Below, in pieces: positions 59,373 to 64,000 of a stretch of 64,000 nt of DNA. A model generated the notes under the pieces. It saw nothing but the letters and a program-made list of their open reading frames with translations, was not told the DNA's origin and searched no databases. Both the position numbers and the translations under genes were made by a program. Origin of the DNA: Thermoproteota archaeon (GTDB lineage Archaea > Korarchaeota > JAOZGF01 > JAOZFZ01); NCBI GenBank assembly GCA_027492035.1, contig JAOZFT010000007.1:1-64000 (forward strand). The letters are read 5' to 3'. Each line of letters starts with the position of its first letter. Positions within the stretch are counted from its first letter, which is position 1.

Positions 59373-60355
59373 GAAATGTGAAAGTTAAAACCTGGGCAAA
59401 AGCAGCTTCTCTAATAATTTTCTTTGCAGTTTTCTATTTGATCCTTAAAATTTTCAATCTTAAACCTGTATCGTTGCTTGAAGCGGGACTCTTAGCCATG
59501 ACCCCTTTAACTTTTGCAGCTGTTGGTGAATCAATAAATGAGAAAGCAGGCCTTGTAAACATCGGAATAGAGGGAATATTTCTGATTTCAGCTGTTGCAG
59601 GAGTTTTTGGGGCTGAAGTTTTCAATAACGGCTATGCTGGTTTGTTAGTGGGTTTGTTAGCCGGAGCTTTTATAGGTTTGATTTTAGGGGTAGTAAGTGT
59701 TTATTTGAAAGCAGATCAAATCATAGCCGGGATGGGGATAAACATCTTTGCCCTTGGAATGGTTTCTTTTCTTTTAATGGTTCTTTGGGCTTTTCCAGGT
59801 ATACATGTGTTTCCGAAAGAGTTAATGGTCCCCTCATTTTACACAGTGATTGGCAGAGTGAGTCCTGTTACAGTATTAGCTATTATAACTGCTTTCGCTG
59901 GTCATTTTTTTCTTTATAAAACGGTTTTGGGTTTCAGAATAAGGGCGGCAGGTGAAGAACCTGAAGCAGTTGATATAGCGGGAGTGAGAGTAGACAGGAT
60001 AAGAATTTTTACTTCTGTTTTAGGGGGTGCACTGGCGGGAGTAGGAGGGGCTTTTATGCCACTTTGCTGGTTCGGTGCACTTGTAAAAGAGGTTTCGGCA
60101 GGAAGAGGTTTCATAGCTCTTGCATGTGTAGTTTTTGCAGGGTTAGAGCCTCTATTATCACTAGTTGCAGCTTTTATATTTGGTTTTAGTGAAGGATTAG
60201 CTTACTCTACTGCAATCACCCCAGGAGTAAAAGAAGTAGTACCTTTCTACTTTGTCCAAATGATCCCTTACATAACAACTTTAGCTGTTGTGACAGTAAC
60301 AATAGGCAGAAAAAGATTTCCCAAAGCGATAGGGAAGCCTTACTCTAGAGAGTAA
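59369..60355 (+). CDS. Nucleoside-type ABC permease 2
   Basis: [38 protein letters not shown]. Confidence 0.92.
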   Translation: MRNVKVKTWAKAASLIIFFAVFYLILKIFNLKPVSLLEAGLLAMTPLTFAAVGESINEKAGLVNIGIEGIFLISAVAGVFGAEVFNNGYAGLLVGLLAGAFIGLILGVVSVYLKADQIIAGMGINIFALGMVSFLLMVLWAFPGIHVFPKELMVPSFYTVIGRVSPVTVLAIITAFAGHFFLYKTVLGFRIRAAGEEPEAVDIAGVRVDRIRIFTSVLGGALAGVGGAFMPLCWFGALVKEVSAGRGFIALACVVFAGLEPLLSLVAAFIFGFSEGLAYSTAITPGVKEVVPFYFVQMIPYITTLAVVTVTIGRKRFPKAIGKPYSRE

Positions 60356-60509
60356 ATGCCTTTTTTCAAAGGCGACTTGTTACACCTTACTTAAGCTGAG
60401 AATATTAAATTTTGGCATTCACTCAAAAATTAGTTAAAGTGGAAAACTTTATAAATGCGGGAGGACGCAAAGAAATTAAGGCACCTTCTTTTAGAAGTGA
60501 AGGGAGGAG

Positions 60510-61883
60510 ATGTTTTTGCATCTATTAAGAAGTTTCAAGGTTTCGCTTGCATTCTCAGCTATAGCCCTTCTTTTGTTAGCCGGCTGCCTAGGTCAACCAA
60601 CGCCCACGGCCACACCTGCACCTACAGCAACACCTACCGCAACCGTAACCCCTACGGCAACCCCCACACCTAAACCGAAACCCATCAAAATAGCAGTTGT
60701 GTCAGATATAGGAGGAAGAGGAGATTTAAGTTTTAATGACATGGCCTTTAAAGGAGGAGAAGAAGCAGAGAAAGATTTTGGAGTCAAAATGGTTGAGTTA
60801 ATAAGTAAAGTTGAAGCTGACTATATTCCAAACTTAAGGACAGCTGCAAAAGACCCTGACGTAAAATTGATAGTTGGAGTAGGTTTCTTATTAAGTGATG
60901 CATTAGCAGAAGTTGCAAGAGAATACCCAGATAAAAACTTCGTTGGCATAGACACTTACGCACAGTCTATAATAAAGGATAAGTACCCAGGTGAGTATCC
61001 CCTACCCAATTTAATGGACATATCCTTTGAAGAACACAAAGGAAGCGCCTTAGTAGGAGCATTAGCAGCTTTATTGGCAATACACTACAACAAGCCACAT
61101 GTAGGGGTAGTTTTGGGAATAGAAATACCTGTCCTGTGGAAATTCGAAATAGGGTACAAGTGGGGAGTAGATTGGGGCATAAAATGGTATGAACAGAAAT
61201 TCGGTAAAAAAGCGCCAGGAATAGGGCAGGTACCAGTTAAATCAAGAGTGTTATGGACATACACAGGCACATTCAGTGACATAACAAAAGGGTATCTGGC
61301 ATCAAAGGACATGTATGCAAAAGATGCAGTAGCCGTATACAATGTTGCAGGCCCACTAGGTTTAGGGATTAATCAAGCCGTGGAAGAAATAGCTGCAGAG
61401 AAAAACCTTACAATGGGGCCACCGTTCTGGATTGGAGTAGATGCGGATCAAGACTGGATAAATCCAGGCTTCGTAATCGCTAGCATGATGAAAAGAGTTG
61501 ACAGAGGGGTATACTACGCCACTAAATTACTTATGGAAAATAAATTCAGAGAGGTAGTCAATGAGACTTCAGGTGTAATGGTGCTTGGAATAGGAACAAA
61601 AGTCGCTGGAATTCCCATGGAAGGAATTTCCGTTAGTACATTAACTGACTTGGATGAATTCATTCAAATGGGTGTAAACGCAGAGAAGCTAACTGGCAAA
61701 AAAGTTTTACCTGCCACACCTGACGAAATAAAGAGTAAAGTTAAAGCTATGCGTGAATCTGTTCCATCATGGATTTGGGATGCGGTTTCAGAGCTTGAAT
61801 CAAAAATAAGAAGTGGTGAAGTGGAAGTACCAATGGTTATGACTAAGGACCTAGTTGACCACTGGAGAGGCATACTTGGCTAA
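60510..61883 (+). CDS. BMP-family ABC substrate-binding lipoprotein with Pro/Thr linker
   Basis: Lipobox LLAGC, (TP)n linker, DIGGRGDLSFND, IGVDADQD, SMMKRVD. Confidence 0.92.
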   Translation: MFLHLLRSFKVSLAFSAIALLLLAGCLGQPTPTATPAPTATPTATVTPTATPTPKPKPIKIAVVSDIGGRGDLSFNDMAFKGGEEAEKDFGVKMVELISKVEADYIPNLRTAAKDPDVKLIVGVGFLLSDALAEVAREYPDKNFVGIDTYAQSIIKDKYPGEYPLPNLMDISFEEHKGSALVGALAALLAIHYNKPHVGVVLGIEIPVLWKFEIGYKWGVDWGIKWYEQKFGKKAPGIGQVPVKSRVLWTYTGTFSDITKGYLASKDMYAKDAVAVYNVAGPLGLGINQAVEEIAAEKNLTMGPPFWIGVDADQDWINPGFVIASMMKRVDRGVYYATKLLMENKFREVVNETSGVMVLGIGTKVAGIPMEGISVSTLTDLDEFIQMGVNAEKLTGKKVLPATPDEIKSKVKAMRESVPSWIWDAVSELESKIRSGEVEVPMVMTKDLVDHWRGILG

Positions 61884-62172
61884 ACCTACCCCTTTCCTTT
61901 TTCTTAAAAAGTTTCAATGAAGACCAAACACTGTTTCTAAAAAGCCCATAAAGCAAATTTAATCCCTCTACAGAATCATATAAAACAAATGTAGTTACCA
62001 TATAAACTAGGCTCAGAAATATAAGAAATTGGGCTGTAAATGGAGAAGCAAAAGACAGAAACCTAACGTGAATTTAAAGAAAACGAAAGATTTTTAAAGA
62101 AAAATGTACAAGCCTAAACTTTATTAGTAAACTTTTAACTTGAATATTTTTAACTTTGTAAGGTGAAAAATT

Positions 62173-62922
62173 TTGTTAATGAACTCGTCAAAGGAAGGAA
62201 GTGCTAAGTCTAGGTTAATAGCTTTTTTGGCTATTTCAACAGCATTAGTTGCTGCAGCAACAATGGTTTTTCAGTTATATATACCCTCCACCAGAGGATA
62301 TTTCAACATTGGTGAAGTTATGGTTTACACAACCGCCTTGCTTTTTGGACCCTTTATAGGAGGGTTCGCCGGAGGGGTGGGGTCTGCTTTAGCTGATGTT
62401 TTCACTGGTTACTTCGTTTATGCACCTGCAACTTTAGTTATTAAGGGTGTTGAGGGGTTTCTTGTTGGTTTTTTAACTACCCAAAACATCCCAGGGAGCA
62501 GGAAGAAATGGTTCATGTTTACTTTCCTTCTAGCCTTGATTGTTTCATTAATTACTTATTTTGTAGGAGTTAACTTCTATGTGGGAGCTGCAGAGTTTTC
62601 TATTGGTTTATTTAGTGCTCAAACCACGTTATCAATTTTCATTCCTGAAGTTTTCTGGGTTGTTCTTTCTGTGGTTTTGTTTTTGGTCATTGTAGTTGCA
62701 GGTTTTTTGGTGGAGCCGCAAATAGGTTGGGTTGTTTTTTCAGTGGTTATAGGGGGGGTTGAAATGGTGCTTGGTTATTTTTTGTATGAGCAGTTTGTTC
62801 TGGGTTACTATGCTTTTCTGGAGGTTCCATTTAACATAGCTCAGGCAGTAATTGGCTTAATAATTTCTATACCTCTATATAAGATCGTTAAAAAAGTAAC
62901 TGAGGGAAGGGTCTCTCTTTAA
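62173..62922 (+). CDS. ECF transporter S component (extended)
   Basis: IPSTRGYFNIGE, GSALAD..GY..YAPATLVIKG, MVLGYFLYE, PFNIAQ. Confidence 0.88.
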   Translation: MLMNSSKEGSAKSRLIAFLAISTALVAAATMVFQLYIPSTRGYFNIGEVMVYTTALLFGPFIGGFAGGVGSALADVFTGYFVYAPATLVIKGVEGFLVGFLTTQNIPGSRKKWFMFTFLLALIVSLITYFVGVNFYVGAAEFSIGLFSAQTTLSIFIPEVFWVVLSVVLFLVIVVAGFLVEPQIGWVVFSVVIGGVEMVLGYFLYEQFVLGYYAFLEVPFNIAQAVIGLIISIPLYKIVKKVTEGRVSL

Positions 62923-63043
62923 ACCTAGAATTCCTTATTTTTATAAATTAAAGAAACAGAAATTTCAGGGTATTTGGGTTTAAGTGAGTCTTTTAAAAGG
63001 CAACTTTACACAGTTCAAGATTTAAGTTCGGCAGGAGGTTTTT

Positions 63044-64000
63044 TTGAAAAATAACGGAGATGTTTTGAAACTTCAATGTTTAAAATGTGGAAGGGAATAC
63101 CCCCTATTTCCTCCTAGGCATAAATGCGCTAAATGCGGTGGTTTATTAGAATATGTTTACGATTACTCTGAGTTGAGAGATAAACTTTTTTTTGAAGGCC
63201 CTCTTTCCCAGTGGAGGTATAGAAGTGTTTTTCCTCCTATTAATGAAAATAGAGTAGTTAGTTTAGGTGAGGGAGGTACTCCTCTCCAGCACTCAAAACG
63301 TTTAGCGGAGAAAATAGGCTTAGAAAACTTATTTTTTAAAGATGAAACTAGGAACCCAACTTACTCATTTAGGGACCGCTGCGCCTCGGTTATGGTTTCA
63401 AATGCTTTAGATCTTTCCTATTTCTCTGTTTTATGCGCTTCTAATGGTAATTTAGGTGCGTCTATTGCAGCTTACTCGTCAAAAGCTGGTTTAGAATGTC
63501 ATGTAGTTGTTCCAGCGGAAGTGGATGAAGGTAAACTTGCTCAAATGATGATTTATGAAGTTGACCTTATAAGGGGCGGATGGACGATAGAAGAGGCTAT
63601 TAAAAAGGCTGCTCAGGTAGAGAGTGAAACAGGCTGGTATCAGGCAACTGCTGACTTAAATCCATTAGTTATAGAAGCCCAAAAGGTTATCTCTTACGAA
63701 ATTTATGAGCAAGGCATTTCACCTGATTTCTTGGTTGTGCCTGTGGGAAGCGGTGGCACTATTTACTCTGTTTGGAAGGGGTTTAATGAACTTAAGGAGA
63801 TGGGTTTAATTGATTCAGTTCCTAAGATGGTTTGTGTTCAACCTGAAGCCTGTTCACCTGTTGTTGCTGCTTACAATAAGAAACCTGTGAAAGTCGAAAA
63901 CAGGGTTAAGCCTAGAACTGTGGTTTTAGCTGTGTTAGTATCTAATCCTGTTTATGGAGAGAAAGCTTTATTAGCTGTAGAGAAGTCAGGAGGTTCAGCT
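63044..64000 (+). CDS. Threonine-synthase-like fold-II PLP protein with the Schiff-base Lys replaced by Arg; 3' truncated; absent from the ORF track
   Basis: TTG after AGGAGG. Translation MKNNGDVLKLQCLKCG...CAKCGG...SLGEGGTPL...KDETRNPTYSFRDR...ASNGN...VPVGSGG stays open to the window end. Confidence 0.9.
   Translation, partial: MKNNGDVLKLQCLKCGREYPLFPPRHKCAKCGGLLEYVYDYSELRDKLFFEGPLSQWRYRSVFPPINENRVVSLGEGGTPLQHSKRLAEKIGLENLFFKDETRNPTYSFRDRCASVMVSNALDLSYFSVLCASNGNLGASIAAYSSKAGLECHVVVPAEVDEGKLAQMMIYEVDLIRGGWTIEEAIKKAAQVESETGWYQATADLNPLVIEAQKVISYEIYEQGISPDFLVVPVGSGGTIYSVWKGFNELKEMGLIDSVPKMVCVQPEACSPVVAAYNKKPVKVENRVKPRTVVLAVLVSNPVYGEKALLAVEKSGGSA

Noticed and set aside
60593-60680. Short-period DNA repeats here and at ~28565-28635
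   Set aside because: Explained by Pro/Thr-rich linker coding in the binding proteins, not by independent repeat elements.
5950-61873. Many antisense or alternate-frame ORFs in the track (e.g. 6427-7083, 12847-13473, 20287-20775, 57175-57690, 60455-60673)
   Set aside because: They lie within well-supported genes and have shadow-ORF composition.

Overview
AT-rich chromosomal segment from an anaerobic archaeon. Supporting features are GGTGA/GGAGG ribosome-binding sites, many TTG/GTG starts, archaeal marker families (PAC2 proteasome chaperone, archaeal D-aminoacyl-tRNA deacylase, HdrABC, Fae, MptG) and a grpE-dnaK-dnaJ operon. Bathyarchaeia or a similar uncultured lineage is plausible but is inference only. 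The window is gene-dense (about 55 CDS) and I found no tRNA, rRNA, CRISPR array or intact transposase. Main blocks: a decayed VapBC locus; acyl-CoA ligase/Lrp/ilvD; PiT plus membrane pyrophosphatase; a proteostasis divergon; a cyclic-amide catabolic island (hydantoinase A/B, Liv-type ABC, creatininase-like, MMSDH); an accessory block (ATP-cone nuclease, membrane-tethered HTH, CWB2 surface protein); a korDABC-hdrA(mvhD)-hdrC-hdrB run; H4MPT-related genes (fae, DUF447, mptG, citG); a BMP-type ABC transporter; and a partial threonine-synthase homolog missing from the ORF track. The most notable leads are the Kor-Hdr coupling with no hydrogenase nearby, the ATP-cone/PD-(D/E)XK nuclease, the membrane-anchored regulator next to a 10-bp-phased direct repeat and a surface-protein gene, a wHTH-VIT1 fusion, a ThrC homolog with its PLP lysine replaced by Arg, and a DnaK with a non-canonical phosphate-2 motif. 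All family assignments come from motif recognition by eye, not from database searches.
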